Positions 1 to 9,494 of a stretch of DNA of 39,623 nucleotides are shown here, one piece after another (positions within the stretch are counted from its first letter, which is position 1; every line of letters begins with the position of its first letter). Under the pieces are notes generated by a model that was not told the DNA's origin, searched no databases, and saw only the letters and a program-made list of their open reading frames with translations. The stretch is from a virus. Its lineage: Duplodnaviria; Caudoviricetes. The position numbers and the translations under genes are program-made. Where the stretch lies: the IMG/VR virus record IMGVR_UViG_3300020138_000012, positions 1 to 39,623 of that record; one strand, given 5' to 3'.

Positions 1-197
1 TGCTTCCTCGGACCGGTACGTCCTTACCGCCTGGTAACCATGCACGCGCCGTACGCTCTGACCCCCCTCGATGCGAACCCCGAGGGCCGTCGCCGCCTAG
101 CACACGGTGCGTGCGAAACGCCCGGGAAGGGTGAACACGTCGTCTGCATACGTGAACGCGACGTCTGCATCCCACTTTGCAGACGTCGCGTTCAGAT

Positions 198-358
198 CTA
201 CTCCGCATCTACTACAACTCTCTGACCAGTACTTTTACTCTTTTATGCGGAGTAGGCGGAGTAGTTCCTACTCTCGTGTGACGAGAGTTGATAGTTATGT
301 CAAGTACGTTCTGAGCGGAGGAGCGGGAAACACTCCGCGAACTCCGCCTACTCCGCAT
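198..358. repeat. Iteron-like ACTCCGC repeat cluster, putative replication origin
   Basis: ACTCCGC at 200, 332, 341, 350 (+) and 247, 256 (-); perfect 18-bp inverted repeat 245-262 / 341-358; AT-rich tract 229-246; hairpin 270-288; directly downstream of the primase-helicase gene. Confidence 0.6.
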
Positions 359-2963
359 CGACCCCGTGACGCCGCAGAACCCAGCGAACCCCGTGGGAGT
401 CGCTACCTCCTGGCTGGCGGACGACTGACAGCGCGCCGTCGTCGGTGCCGAACCAGCGGCCCTGGCGGAATTGCAGGAACTTCCCCAGCCGCCGTGACAG
501 CGTCGTCGTCGCCGTGACGAGCTTGCCGTCGACCAGCGAGTCAGGCAGCGCGTCGAACGGGATCGGCGGACGCGGCGCACCGACCGGGAGCAGCTCGCTC
601 GGCGGGGCGACCTGAGCGAGGAGCTGCTTCGCTGTCCACGGTCGCGACTCGAACACGTCGTATGCAGCACGCAGGAACCCGGACCACTCCTCCACCTCCG
701 GGTCGACCGAGTGCGATCGCAGCGGATCGTCGAACCGGCCCGGAATGCCGGACGTCGCGAGGATCGACCCGACGACTGCGGACCAGCGCCCGTAGTCGTC
801 GCCGCGCACCCGGTCGGGGACCGGCGACCCCTGCTGGACCCACGCCTGCACGAGCACGATCAATGACCACAGCAGGTCACCACGATGCTCGCGAACCCAG
901 GACTTGAAGTCGGAGATCGCGAACCCCGTACGCGTCTCGGGGTTCGGCACGCCCGGGTCGATCATCACGCGCAGTGAGCGCCGCGCCAGGTCTCCGGCGA
1001 GCACGGCGTTGTTCCCGGTCATGACCCACAGGCGGTCGTTCGGCGCCTCGACCTGCTTGGAGGTGCCCAGCCGCCTGCCCTGGTAGGTGTCCGATGACAG
1101 CACGCCGGTCAGGGTGCTCGAGCGCACGACGCCCGAGACGTTGTCGAACACGACGACGGCCCCGGTGGTGACGTCGAGGATCGAGCTGATCGTCTTGTTG
1201 ACCTCCGGCTCCTCGGAGGGCATCTCGGCGTGCCAGACCCCCGAGTGCGTCGTCATCAGCGTGTGCGCCAGGAACGACTTGCCCGACCCCGGCTGGTGCG
1301 CCTCGATCACGCCGAGCTTGTAGGGCGGCGGGACGATGTTGCGCAGCAGCGGCGTCAGGAGCAGCCCGATGTAGTTCGCCCGGTCGTCGTCGGACACGAA
1401 GCGGAAGTCCTGCAGCATGAAGTCGATCCACTGGCGCGCCGTCGCGACGTCCTGCGCCGACGGGCGGGCCGGGATCGCGCCGCGCGGCTGCCCGCCCGTC
1501 GGCAGGAACAGCACCTCGGACGTCGCGTCGTACCCCGGCCGGGAGATCAGCGAGCCGTCGGAGCGGAACGTCGGGGAGTGCACCACCCCGCGAAGCTGGC
1601 GCAGCCCGTCCATGTCGTCCGGCGCCTTCACTGCCTGCAGGGTCGACGCCATCGGGAACAGCGCGGGGATGGTCGCCTTGTTCTTGATCGCCACCACCCG
1701 GTAGCGAGACTGGACGCGCGCCGCGAGCGACGCCGCGTCGAGCACCGTGATCGACGCCGAGTCGCTCGCCTGGCCGGCCCGCGGCTCGATGTAGCCCTCC
1801 TGTCCGATGCGGGGGGTGAATACCAGGTCGCTGCCTCGTAGGAAGATTCCCGACAGTGCGCCGCGGCCGAGGTTCTCGCGCAGCCACTCGACGGCCTGGG
1901 CGTCGTTCGTCACGTCGACCGTCTCGAGGAAGCCGCTCACGAGCGCCTGAGAGCTCGGGACGGCTGACTGGGGTGATCCCCCCGGGGTGGGCTCGTAAGC
2001 CGCCATGAGGGCCGCTCCCGGGCTCGAGGGGGCGTCCGGAGGGAACGGGGCGGGTGTCGCGCGACGCGACTGCGCCACGAACTTCGCCGAGACGTCGTAC
2101 GCCGTCCACCCGGCGCCGGTCGGCGCCCACGCCTCGAAGTCGGCCTGCGCCTGCGCCAGGCCGTAGTCGTTCCAGTCCGCGAGCGCGAGCGACGCCAGCC
2201 GGATCGCCTTGTCCGCCTGCAGCTTCTCCCACCCGCGCCCACGCGAGTCGGTCTGCCCGACGGCCCACGCCGCGGACTCCTCGAGGTCGCTGCGGATGCC
2301 CTCGAGCGACGCGGTCACGAACGCCTCGACACGCCGCCGCTCGGCCTCGTCCAGCGCGTCCCAGGTGACCGTCGGGGCGTTCTCCATCGCCGCGCGGGCG
2401 TCCATCTTGCGCTCGCCACGCTCGACGAGGTGCTCGATCCACGCCTGCGGCAGCATCGGCAGGTCGTCGACCCGTGGCGCCCGGTGTCCACCGTCGGGCG
2501 AGTACCACCGATACGACCCGCCCTGCGGGTGCAGCGACGGCGCGACGACGGCGTAGCGGTGCCCGAACCGGATGGTCTCGATGCCCTTGCCGACGTCGCC
2601 GATGCGCGGCAGGCCCTCGGGCAGGCGGAAGAAGAAGATCCCTGAGCCGTCGTTGCGCGAGCTTGAGCGCCACGTGCTGAGCATCGGCAGGTCGCCGAGC
2701 CGCGCGTTGAGCTCGTCCATCGTCGCGACACCGTCGGGCTTGTAGGCGTCCCAGTCGATCCCGACGACGGTGGGCGGCAGTCGCAGGGCGATGTTGGCTT
2801 CCGGCGCCTGCGCAGCCCAGGCCGCGACGTCGGCCTGCGTCGCCATCGGCCCGGCGTAGCCCGTGAAGCCGTCCGGCGGGGGCACCTTGCGCCCGTGCGG
2901 CAGCGGCAGCGGGGAGAACCCGGCGGCGAGGTAGTGCGGGGCGTACTTGGCGTACCCCGTCAT
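348..2963 (-). CDS. Bifunctional DNA primase/polymerase (Prim-Pol) fused to a P-loop helicase-like domain, 871 aa
   Basis: N-terminal Prim-Pol motifs (FSPLPLPHGRKVPP, ANIALRL, VVGIDWD); Walker A QPGSGKS and Walker B VVVFDN; start set at ATG 2963 (MTGYAKY), which overlaps the upstream stop as ATGA. Confidence 0.9.
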   Translation of the reverse strand: MTGYAKYAPHYLAAGFSPLPLPHGRKVPPPDGFTGYAGPMATQADVAAWAAQAPEANIALRLPPTVVGIDWDAYKPDGVATMDELNARLGDLPMLSTWRSSSRNDGSGIFFFRLPEGLPRIGDVGKGIETIRFGHRYAVVAPSLHPQGGSYRWYSPDGGHRAPRVDDLPMLPQAWIEHLVERGERKMDARAAMENAPTVTWDALDEAERRRVEAFVTASLEGIRSDLEESAAWAVGQTDSRGRGWEKLQADKAIRLASLALADWNDYGLAQAQADFEAWAPTGAGWTAYDVSAKFVAQSRRATPAPFPPDAPSSPGAALMAAYEPTPGGSPQSAVPSSQALVSGFLETVDVTNDAQAVEWLRENLGRGALSGIFLRGSDLVFTPRIGQEGYIEPRAGQASDSASITVLDAASLAARVQSRYRVVAIKNKATIPALFPMASTLQAVKAPDDMDGLRQLRGVVHSPTFRSDGSLISRPGYDATSEVLFLPTGGQPRGAIPARPSAQDVATARQWIDFMLQDFRFVSDDDRANYIGLLLTPLLRNIVPPPYKLGVIEAHQPGSGKSFLAHTLMTTHSGVWHAEMPSEEPEVNKTISSILDVTTGAVVVFDNVSGVVRSSTLTGVLSSDTYQGRRLGTSKQVEAPNDRLWVMTGNNAVLAGDLARRSLRVMIDPGVPNPETRTGFAISDFKSWVREHRGDLLWSLIVLVQAWVQQGSPVPDRVRGDDYGRWSAVVGSILATSGIPGRFDDPLRSHSVDPEVEEWSGFLRAAYDVFESRPWTAKQLLAQVAPPSELLPVGAPRPPIPFDALPDSLVDGKLVTATTTLSRRLGKFLQFRQGRWFGTDDGALSVVRQPGGSDSHGVRWVLRRHGVDAE

Positions 2964-3133
2964 CGGACGTCCTGCAGCAGTGCGTCCACGTCGGCGCGCC
3001 GCACGCGCAGCAGCCTGCCGGCCAGGCGCACTGCGGGGAGCTTGTTCTCGGCGATCCACCGTCGGACCGTGCGCTCGTTCACGCGTAGCCGCGCTGCGAC
3101 CTCGCGCGGGGTGCAGTAGTCGGGCTGGGGCAT
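2960..3133 (-). CDS. Excisionase-like/MerR-type winged HTH DNA-binding protein, 57 aa
   Basis: YCTPREVAARLRVNERTVRRWI...LPAVRL..RLLRVRRADVDALL pattern; RBS AAGGAGG before ATG 3133. Confidence 0.88.
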   Translation of the reverse strand: MPQPDYCTPREVAARLRVNERTVRRWIAENKLPAVRLAGRLLRVRRADVDALLQDVR

Positions 3134-3163
3134 GGGGTTTCCTCCTTGGCTCGGGGGCCACGA

Positions 3164-3211
3164 CGCTGACACGTTTTGTCCGCTCGTGTCAACGCATGTC
3201 CGCTCGTGTCA
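3164..3211 (-). promoter_or_regulatory. Leftward promoter/operator: TTGACA -35 inside a 15-bp direct repeat
   Basis: TGTCCGCTCGTGTCA at 3177-3191 and 3197-3211; minus-strand TTGACA at 3187-3192; inverted TGACACG (3167-3173) / CGTGTCA (3185-3191); the -10 is weak. Confidence 0.55.
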
Positions 3212-3299
3212 TACCGATTCCCGGCCGCGCGGCCAGCGGTGGTACGCTCCCGGCCAGGTGTACGAAGCGGCACCACGAGACCCCCGAAGGAGGTCGATC

Positions 3300-3791
3300 A
3301 TGGTTGCGACACGAGGCGAGATCCCGAAGCGGAGCGAGACGCGACGGCGCAGGAACCTTCCGGCGCCCGGCGAGGAGATCACCGAAGCACCGATGCTTCC
3401 GGTGGAGCCCCTCGACCCCGACGAGTCTTGGAGCCCCGTCGCGTTCGAGATGTTCCAGTCGATGGCCGAGTCCGGGCAGCGCGTGTTCTGGCAGCAGTCC
3501 GACTGGGCGACGCTGTACATGGTCTGCGACCAGATCAGCCAGCTCTATCGCGAGCAGTACGTCGGGATGCGCGACACGGGTCGCGGCGTGCAGGAGCCGA
3601 CCTTCGCGCGCAAGCCGATGACCGGCGCCGAGATGGCCGCGATCACCAAGGTGCTCGGCGAGCTCGGCGCCACTGAGGGCGCCCGTCGTCGCCTGCGCAT
3701 CGAGCTGCAGCGCGGCTCCCTCGAGAAGGAGCTCCCCGCCGGTGTCACCGCCATCGCGGACGCCCGTGCCCGCCTGGCGGCAGGCCGATGA
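3300..3791 (+). CDS. terS: Terminase small subunit, 163 aa
   Basis: GEIPKRS..RRRRN N-terminus, QQSDWATL and LGATEGARRRLRIEL motifs typical of actinophage TerS; RBS GAAGGAGG; upstream of TerL. Confidence 0.85.
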   Translation: MVATRGEIPKRSETRRRRNLPAPGEEITEAPMLPVEPLDPDESWSPVAFEMFQSMAESGQRVFWQQSDWATLYMVCDQISQLYREQYVGMRDTGRGVQEPTFARKPMTGAEMAAITKVLGELGATEGARRRLRIELQRGSLEKELPAGVTAIADARARLAAGR

Positions 3792-4048
3792 TCTACGTCC
3801 TCGCCAGGCACATCGACGACGCGCGCAGCTACGCGTTCCAGAACGGCGTCGAGCGCCGCAGCATGGTCTACGTCGGCCAGTCGTGGAACCTGCCGCGCAC
3901 CCTGCACGAGACGGACCGCATCGTGCGGACGGCGCACTGCGAGGGACACCCGGCGCACGCCGAGCTCGAGCGGATGCTCGCCCACACCGTGCTCACGTCG
4001 GGGCTCACCGAGACGCGGGACGGGCGGCTCGTCCGTCGTCAGGACTGA
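3788..4048 (+). CDS. Hypothetical protein, 86 aa
   Basis: ATGA-coupled to terS, fills the gap to terL, GC3-rich codons. Confidence 0.7.
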   Translation: MIYVLARHIDDARSYAFQNGVERRSMVYVGQSWNLPRTLHETDRIVRTAHCEGHPAHAELERMLAHTVLTSGLTETRDGRLVRRQD

Positions 4049-4051
4049 GCC

Positions 4052-5947
4052 GTGCTCGCGCCGACCCGCGAGCGCCTCGAGCCGATCGTCCCGTACCACC
4101 TCGGCCCGGTGTGGGAGAGGGACGCCTCCGGGCGATGGCGGCTGCCCGACCTCACGCTCGGCTGGTGGGTCATCGCATGGGTCGCCGAGAACTTGCAGCT
4201 CAACGGCGAGCCCGTCGTCCTGACCGACGAGCAGATCCGCCTCATCCTGTGGATCTACGCGATCGACGATGCCGGGTACTGGCTGTTCACGGACATCGTC
4301 GTGCAGCGGCTCAAGGGCTGGGGCAAGGATCCTGTCGCGGCGATCCTGTCGGCCGTCGAGCTCGTCGGCCCATGTCGGTTCTCCCACTTTGCCGACGCCG
4401 ATGACGTCGCGTACTGGGCTCGCCGCGGCTACGAGATCGAGGTCGGCGACCCGATCGCGAAGGAGGAGGTCAACGGCTGGGTGCAGGTCGTCGCGACGAC
4501 CGCGGACCAGACGAAGAACACCTCGCAGCTCGCGCAGTCGATCTTCAACGCCGACTGCCGCGCCCGCTACGGCCTCGACGTCGGCAAGACGGTCACGTAC
4601 ACCGCCGATGCGCGGCGCCTCGAGTTCCCGTCGTCGTCGTGGCGCGCGATGGAAGGCAACCGCCCCACCTGGGTGGTGCGTAACGAGACGCACCACTGGC
4701 GCCCGATCCTCGAGGGCGACGAGCTGCACGGCGTGATCCGGCGCAACATCGCGAAGAATCCCGGCGGCTTCGCGCGCGGCATCTCGATCACGAACGCCTA
4801 CCGGCTTGGCGAGGGGTCCGTGGCGGAGATGCAGCGTACGAAGTACGAGGAAGCGATGGAGCTGCGCGGGCACTCGCCGGTCATGTACGACACCCTCGAG
4901 GCGCCGAAGGGCACCCCGCTGGTCCCGAAGTTCACGCGCGTCGAGGAGGACGCCGACGGCACGCTGTGGGCGATCACCGAGTACAACGAGGACGGCACGC
5001 CCGTCGACCCGACGTTCGACACGGCGCGCTGGTGGCTCATCCGCGTCATCACGGCAGTCCGCGGCGATGCCCACTGGCTGTCGCCGGAGCGCCTGGCCGA
5101 CGAGATCTTGACCGGCGAGATCCCGGCCGAGGAGGCGCTGCGGTTCTACTTCAACTCGAGCGAGACCGCCGAGGACACGTACCTGCAGGCTGAGGACGTG
5201 AACGCCGCGGCGCACCCGGATGCCCGCGCATGGCGCACGTCGACCGCCCTGCTCGACCCGATCCGCGCAGGCTGGTCGGTAGTGAAGCCGGACGACGAGG
5301 TCGTGATGTTCGGCGACGGCTCGAAGTCGAACGATGCGACCGGGATCGTCGGATGCCGTCTGTCCGACGGCTACCTCTTCACGATCGGCGTCTGGCAGCG
5401 TCCGGCGGGGTCGAAGAAGAAGGCGTGGCTCGCACCGCGCGAGGACATCAACGCTCGCGTGGACGAGGCGTTCGCCCGGTTCAACGTCGTCGGGTTCTGG
5501 TTCGACCCATCGCACACGAAGGAGGACGAGACGGGCGCCGGGTACTGGGACACCCTCGTCGACGGCTGGCACCAGAAGTACGGCGAGCGCCTGGTGGTGT
5601 GGGCGACGCAGACCGGCGACCGGCGCTCGAGCGTCTCCTGGGACATGACTAGCCCGCAGCGGCAGATCGACTTCGTGCACGCCGTCGCGCAATTCGCCGA
5701 CGACATGGGGTCGCACGCCGTCGTGCACGACGGGCACCCTTCGCTCGTGCGGCACATGCTCAACGCCCGCAACCTGTGGACGAAGGCCGGGTGGTCGATC
5801 TCGAAGGCGTCACGCGGCTCGAGGGACAAGATCGACTTGTGCGTGTGCGCCGTCGGCGCTCGGATGCTGCGTCGCGTCGTGCTCAACCACACCACCGAGA
5901 AGGCGGGCAAGGGGAAGAAGTCGGAGCCCGCCGTGGTGTGGTGGTGA
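4052..5947 (+). CDS. terL: Terminase large subunit, 631 aa
   Basis: Walker A RLKGWGKD, Walker B-like VVRNETHHW, ITNA coupling motif, RNase H-fold nuclease motifs GDGSKSNDATG and KIDL. Confidence 0.95.
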   Translation: MLAPTRERLEPIVPYHLGPVWERDASGRWRLPDLTLGWWVIAWVAENLQLNGEPVVLTDEQIRLILWIYAIDDAGYWLFTDIVVQRLKGWGKDPVAAILSAVELVGPCRFSHFADADDVAYWARRGYEIEVGDPIAKEEVNGWVQVVATTADQTKNTSQLAQSIFNADCRARYGLDVGKTVTYTADARRLEFPSSSWRAMEGNRPTWVVRNETHHWRPILEGDELHGVIRRNIAKNPGGFARGISITNAYRLGEGSVAEMQRTKYEEAMELRGHSPVMYDTLEAPKGTPLVPKFTRVEEDADGTLWAITEYNEDGTPVDPTFDTARWWLIRVITAVRGDAHWLSPERLADEILTGEIPAEEALRFYFNSSETAEDTYLQAEDVNAAAHPDARAWRTSTALLDPIRAGWSVVKPDDEVVMFGDGSKSNDATGIVGCRLSDGYLFTIGVWQRPAGSKKKAWLAPREDINARVDEAFARFNVVGFWFDPSHTKEDETGAGYWDTLVDGWHQKYGERLVVWATQTGDRRSSVSWDMTSPQRQIDFVHAVAQFADDMGSHAVVHDGHPSLVRHMLNARNLWTKAGWSISKASRGSRDKIDLCVCAVGARMLRRVVLNHTTEKAGKGKKSEPAVVWW

Positions 5948-5986
5948 ACCCGCTAGGATGACCGTCAGTCGATCGAGGAGCCCCCG

Positions 5987-7489
5987 ATGCCCGCCAAGAT
6001 CCGCCGCTCGAAGGTGCTGGTCTCGCGCCCATCGCCGCGCTCTGACCTGTCCCTCGCGGACCGTCAGGGCGCCAAGGCGACGCTGTCGGAGTTCTTCGCC
6101 GTCTGGCATGCCAACCGCGAGGCGATGCTCGAGATCGACCGCTGGCAGCGCAACGAGCTGGACGACGAGCAGAAGCCTGTCATGCCAGAGGAGGCGACCG
6201 ACGAGTTCCGCCGGCTGCGCGACACTGCGATCGGCGGGTATGGGCGTCTAGTGGTGTCCACGCTCGTGCAGAACGCCCTCGTCGAGGACATCCGGCTGCG
6301 CGACACGAAGCAGTCCGCACCGGCCTCGCGGCTGTGGCAGCGCAACGGCATGGACGCCAGGCAGGTGCCGCTCGTGACGGCCGCGGCGACCTACGGCCAG
6401 TCGTTCAACCTCGTGCTGCCCGCGACCGGGCGGCTCGACGGTGAGCCGACGGCGGTGTTCATGGGCTACAGCGGTCTGCGCGGCGTCGGGTTCTACGCCG
6501 ACCCCGCGCACGACGAGTACCCCGAGTTCTTCCTCGAGGGTGAGCCGTATTTCGACAAGGCAGAGGGCGCCCGTCGCTGGCGGATGCAGCTCGTCAACGA
6601 CTACGCGTGCTACTACTTCACGGCAGCCGACGACGGCAGTGACATCCGCACGGTCGACGGCAACGGCGGGCGCCGGCACGACATGGGCCTGACACCCGTC
6701 GTGCGCTACGTCAACGAGATCGACCTCGAGGGTCGCGTCACCGGGGAGATCGCCCCGATCATCACGACCCTGGCCCGCATCGACCAGGACACTCAGGACC
6801 GGCTCGTCGTCCAGCGCTTCGGAGCGTGGGTGGTCCGCACGATCGCAGGCATGAAGAAGCCGACGTCGGAGGCGGACCAGGCTGCGGCGCGCATCGCGCT
6901 CGGCGTCGGTAGCTTCCTGGTGTCCGAGGACGCCGACACGAAGTTCGGGCACATCCCCGCGACCCCGCTGCAGGGACATCTGTCCGCGCACGACACCGAC
7001 CTACGCGACCTGGCCGCACTGTCGCAGACGCCCTCGCACCACCTGCTCGGCGCCTCGGACAACCTCGGCGCCGACGGGCTCGCCGCGGCCGAGGCAACCC
7101 ACATGCGCAAGGCGGACATCCGCAAGCTCGGCTGGGGCGAGAGCCACGAGAACAGCGTCCGTCTCGGCGGTCAGGCAATGGGCGACGACGAGATCGCCAA
7201 TGATTTCGAGTCGCGCGTCCACTGGCGCCAGACTCGCAGCGAGGCGTTCCAGTCGCTCGCCCAGGCGATCGGCACGCTCGTCGCCGCCGGGGTGCCGCTC
7301 GAGCTGCTCGTGACGCGCATCTCCGACTGGACGCAGGCGGACACACAGATGATGAAGGATCTCGCCGCGCAGCAGGATGCCAAGGATCGGCTGCGAGCCG
7401 AGGAGGACAGCGCGCGGCAGATCGAGGCCCAGGTCAAGGTCGCCAGGGCGAAGGAGGCGGAAGGTGGCAACGCGCCAGCAGCTCGCTGA
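5987..7489 (+). CDS. Portal protein (SPP1 gp6-like), 500 aa
   Basis: Position after terL, size, LWQRNGMD, TPVVRYVN, GEIAPII, LSQTPSHHL motifs. Confidence 0.92.
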   Translation: MPAKIRRSKVLVSRPSPRSDLSLADRQGAKATLSEFFAVWHANREAMLEIDRWQRNELDDEQKPVMPEEATDEFRRLRDTAIGGYGRLVVSTLVQNALVEDIRLRDTKQSAPASRLWQRNGMDARQVPLVTAAATYGQSFNLVLPATGRLDGEPTAVFMGYSGLRGVGFYADPAHDEYPEFFLEGEPYFDKAEGARRWRMQLVNDYACYYFTAADDGSDIRTVDGNGGRRHDMGLTPVVRYVNEIDLEGRVTGEIAPIITTLARIDQDTQDRLVVQRFGAWVVRTIAGMKKPTSEADQAAARIALGVGSFLVSEDADTKFGHIPATPLQGHLSAHDTDLRDLAALSQTPSHHLLGASDNLGADGLAAAEATHMRKADIRKLGWGESHENSVRLGGQAMGDDEIANDFESRVHWRQTRSEAFQSLAQAIGTLVAAGVPLELLVTRISDWTQADTQMMKDLAAQQDAKDRLRAEEDSARQIEAQVKVARAKEAEGGNAPAAR

Positions 7490-8225
7490 GACGCACAGGG
7501 TGAGCCAGGGACGGCTCGCCGCGGCTCTGGTCTCGACCCTGACACGTGCCTATGGCGCCACGCTCACCCCGACCTCGCTGAGCTTCGGCGCGTTCGAGTC
7601 GTTCGTCTCCTCCGTCATGCCGCTCATCCTCGAGGCCCGGCGACAGTCGGCCGCGCGAGCCGCGGTGTTCCTCGGCGACAACGGGATCACCTCGCAGCGC
7701 GGCGAGGAACCGATCCCCGAGGCGATCGTGACGTCGCTGCGCGTCACCGGGTGGTCCGGACTGCTCGACAGGGTCGACAAGGGCGTCGCCGTGCCGAAGG
7801 CACTCGAGCTGGCGAGCACGGCGATGCAGGGCGCCGCCGAACGCCACGCGCTCGCCGGCGGGCGCTCGCTGATCGTGACCACGATGCAGGCGCGTACCGA
7901 CCTCGGCTGGTACCGGATCGCGCGGGTCGACTGCTGCTACTTCTGCGCGGCGCTCGCGTCGCGCGGCGCGGTCTACGGCCGGGACTCCTTCGCCGAGTCC
8001 GACCCCCGCTTCCTGGGAGACGGGGACGCCAAGGTCCACGACCACTGCCACTGCAGCCTCGGCGTCGTCGAGCGCGACGGTGAGCTGCCCGAGGTGAACC
8101 TCGCCGCCAGGTCGCTGTGGGAGCAGACCTCGATCGAGGCACGCTCCGGAGGGGTGCCTGACGGGTACGCCCGCGACCCCATGAACGTGTTCCGACGCGC
8201 ATGGCAGGCCCGCGCCGCCGCGTAG
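7464..8225 (+). CDS. MuF-like minor capsid protein / actinophage 'capsid maturation protease', 253 aa
   Basis: WYRIA..DCCYFCAALASRG and HDHCHC motifs; GTG 7464 with AAGGAGG RBS; between portal and scaffold. Confidence 0.8.
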   Translation: MATRQQLAETHRVSQGRLAAALVSTLTRAYGATLTPTSLSFGAFESFVSSVMPLILEARRQSAARAAVFLGDNGITSQRGEEPIPEAIVTSLRVTGWSGLLDRVDKGVAVPKALELASTAMQGAAERHALAGGRSLIVTTMQARTDLGWYRIARVDCCYFCAALASRGAVYGRDSFAESDPRFLGDGDAKVHDHCHCSLGVVERDGELPEVNLAARSLWEQTSIEARSGGVPDGYARDPMNVFRRAWQARAAA

Positions 8226-8273
8226 GCGCTATGCTCTGTGCTCGACAGCAGCCTTTCGTCCCCGGAGGTCACC

Positions 8274-8669
8274 GTGGCCGGTCGCCAGAGCTCGTCGGCG
8301 CGTAACCAGAGTGTCGCGCCGTTCATCTTCTCGAAGTCCGGCGCGGCCAGCGCGGCGGCTCTGCCCGAGCGGCAGTACAACTCCTACGACGTGCCCCTGC
8401 GCATCCGCAAGATCGCGCTGTCTGCCGGCACGGCGCCCGCGGGCTCCGCGCTCAAGGTGGACGTCAAGATCAACGGCACGACCGTGTTCGCTGCGAGCGG
8501 TGACCGCGCCGCCATCGCCGCGAGCCAGAACACGGGCACTGCGGTCCCCACCAAGACGGACCTCGACGCCATCACGGTCAAGCCGGGCCAGTACGTGACG
8601 GCTGAGATCACGGACGTCGGCTCGAGCACCGCGGGCTCCGACGTCCGCGTGGTGGTCCACCTGGGCTGA
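8274..8669 (+). CDS. Beta-rich hypothetical head-module protein (possible decoration protein), 131 aa
   Basis: GGAGG RBS and GTG 8274; alternating beta-strand pattern; located inside the head operon. Confidence 0.65.
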   Translation: MAGRQSSSARNQSVAPFIFSKSGAASAAALPERQYNSYDVPLRIRKIALSAGTAPAGSALKVDVKINGTTVFAASGDRAAIAASQNTGTAVPTKTDLDAITVKPGQYVTAEITDVGSSTAGSDVRVVVHLG

Positions 8670-8684
8670 GCGCCCTGCTGGTCC

Positions 8685-8729
8685 GCGAAGCCGCCCGGGA
8701 TGCTTGGTCACCAGCCCGGGCGGCTTCGC
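8685..8729 (+). terminator. GC-rich hairpin, putative terminator
   Basis: 15-bp perfect stem GCGAAGCCGCCCGGG / CCCGGGCGGCTTCGC just after a stop codon; no U-tract. Confidence 0.6.
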
Positions 8730-8792
8730 CGTGCTACGGTGACCCCAGCGTCAGGACGAAGCCCCTGACACCGAGCCCCGAAGGGGAGAACC

Positions 8793-9392
8793 GTGCCGAA
8801 GCTGCCGGAGAAGATCGAGGACTGGACGGCCCCCTGGGAGAAGGAGGGCGTCGAGCTCGACCCCGTCAAGATCAAGAAGCTCACCTGGGATCTGCTCAAG
8901 GACCAGGAGAAGAACCGGGCCACGCTCGCCGAGAACCGCACGACGATCGCCACGCTCACCGACGAGCGGGACTCGCTCAAGGACAAGGCTGACACGGCTG
9001 GCGCGAGTGACAGCGACAAGGATGCCGAGATCCTGCAGCTCAAGAAGGATCTGCGCGCCTCCGGGACCCGCGTCGAGCAGACGAAGGACTACGACTCCGT
9101 GAGGCTCGAGCGTGACCGCTACCGCGTCGCCCTCGAGAAGGAGCTCAGCGCGACGCAGGCGAAGCGGCTCGTCGGCGCGACCTACGAGGAGCTGCTCGAG
9201 GACGCGGACGCGCTGCGCGCCGACCTCGGCCTGATCGACGACGACAGCGGCAGCCACGACGACGACGGCGTCAATGTCGGCGACCTGCGATTCAACGCCC
9301 CGCCTGCGGCCTACCGCATCGGTAGCGAGTCCCTGTCCGGGGGCTCCATCGTCGAGGCCGACCCGTCCAAGGTCTCCCTGCCGCCTCTGTGA
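8793..9392 (+). CDS. Capsid scaffolding protein, 199 aa
   Basis: Charged helical protein with APWE and AKRLVGATYEELLEDADAL motifs, directly upstream of the capsid gene. Confidence 0.85.
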   Translation: MPKLPEKIEDWTAPWEKEGVELDPVKIKKLTWDLLKDQEKNRATLAENRTTIATLTDERDSLKDKADTAGASDSDKDAEILQLKKDLRASGTRVEQTKDYDSVRLERDRYRVALEKELSATQAKRLVGATYEELLEDADALRADLGLIDDDSGSHDDDGVNVGDLRFNAPPAAYRIGSESLSGGSIVEADPSKVSLPPL

Positions 9393-9399
9393 AGTCCGT

Positions 9400-9429
9400 C
9401 CCGACGGGCGGCGCGCGTCGCCTGTCGGG
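9400..9429 (+). terminator. Hairpin between scaffold and capsid genes
   Basis: CCCGACGGGCGGCG / CGTCGCCTGTCGGG stem including G-U pairs. Confidence 0.45.
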
Positions 9430-9494
9430 CTCCGGCCTGCTACTCTCTGGCGTAGTCGGCCTACAGGAGGCCGTCGCAGACCCGGAGGCGGGAC

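Noticed and set aside
40-517. Plus-strand ORFs across the left-end repeat region
   Set aside because: No RBS, atypical codon usage; better explained as non-coding origin-like DNA
2960-3133. Excisionase as proof of a temperate lifestyle
   Set aside because: No integrase, repressor or attP is visible in the window; this HTH family is also used as a plain regulator, so the lifestyle is undetermined
2964-3161. N-terminal extension of the primase ORF to 3161
   Set aside because: It overlaps the HTH gene and is low-complexity; the ATGA-coupled start at 2963 fits better
4670-4700. TerL Walker B reading NET instead of DE as an inactivating change
   Set aside because: To my knowledge this variant is common in actinophage terminases, and all other motifs are intact
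3545-5755. Long antisense or alternate-frame ORFs (also 877-2673, 8751-10556, 17304-18908, 25633-27081, 28986-30275, 29470-30816)
   Set aside because: Shadow ORFs expected in very GC-rich DNA; Arg/Gly/Pro-rich, no motifs, and overlapping well-supported genes
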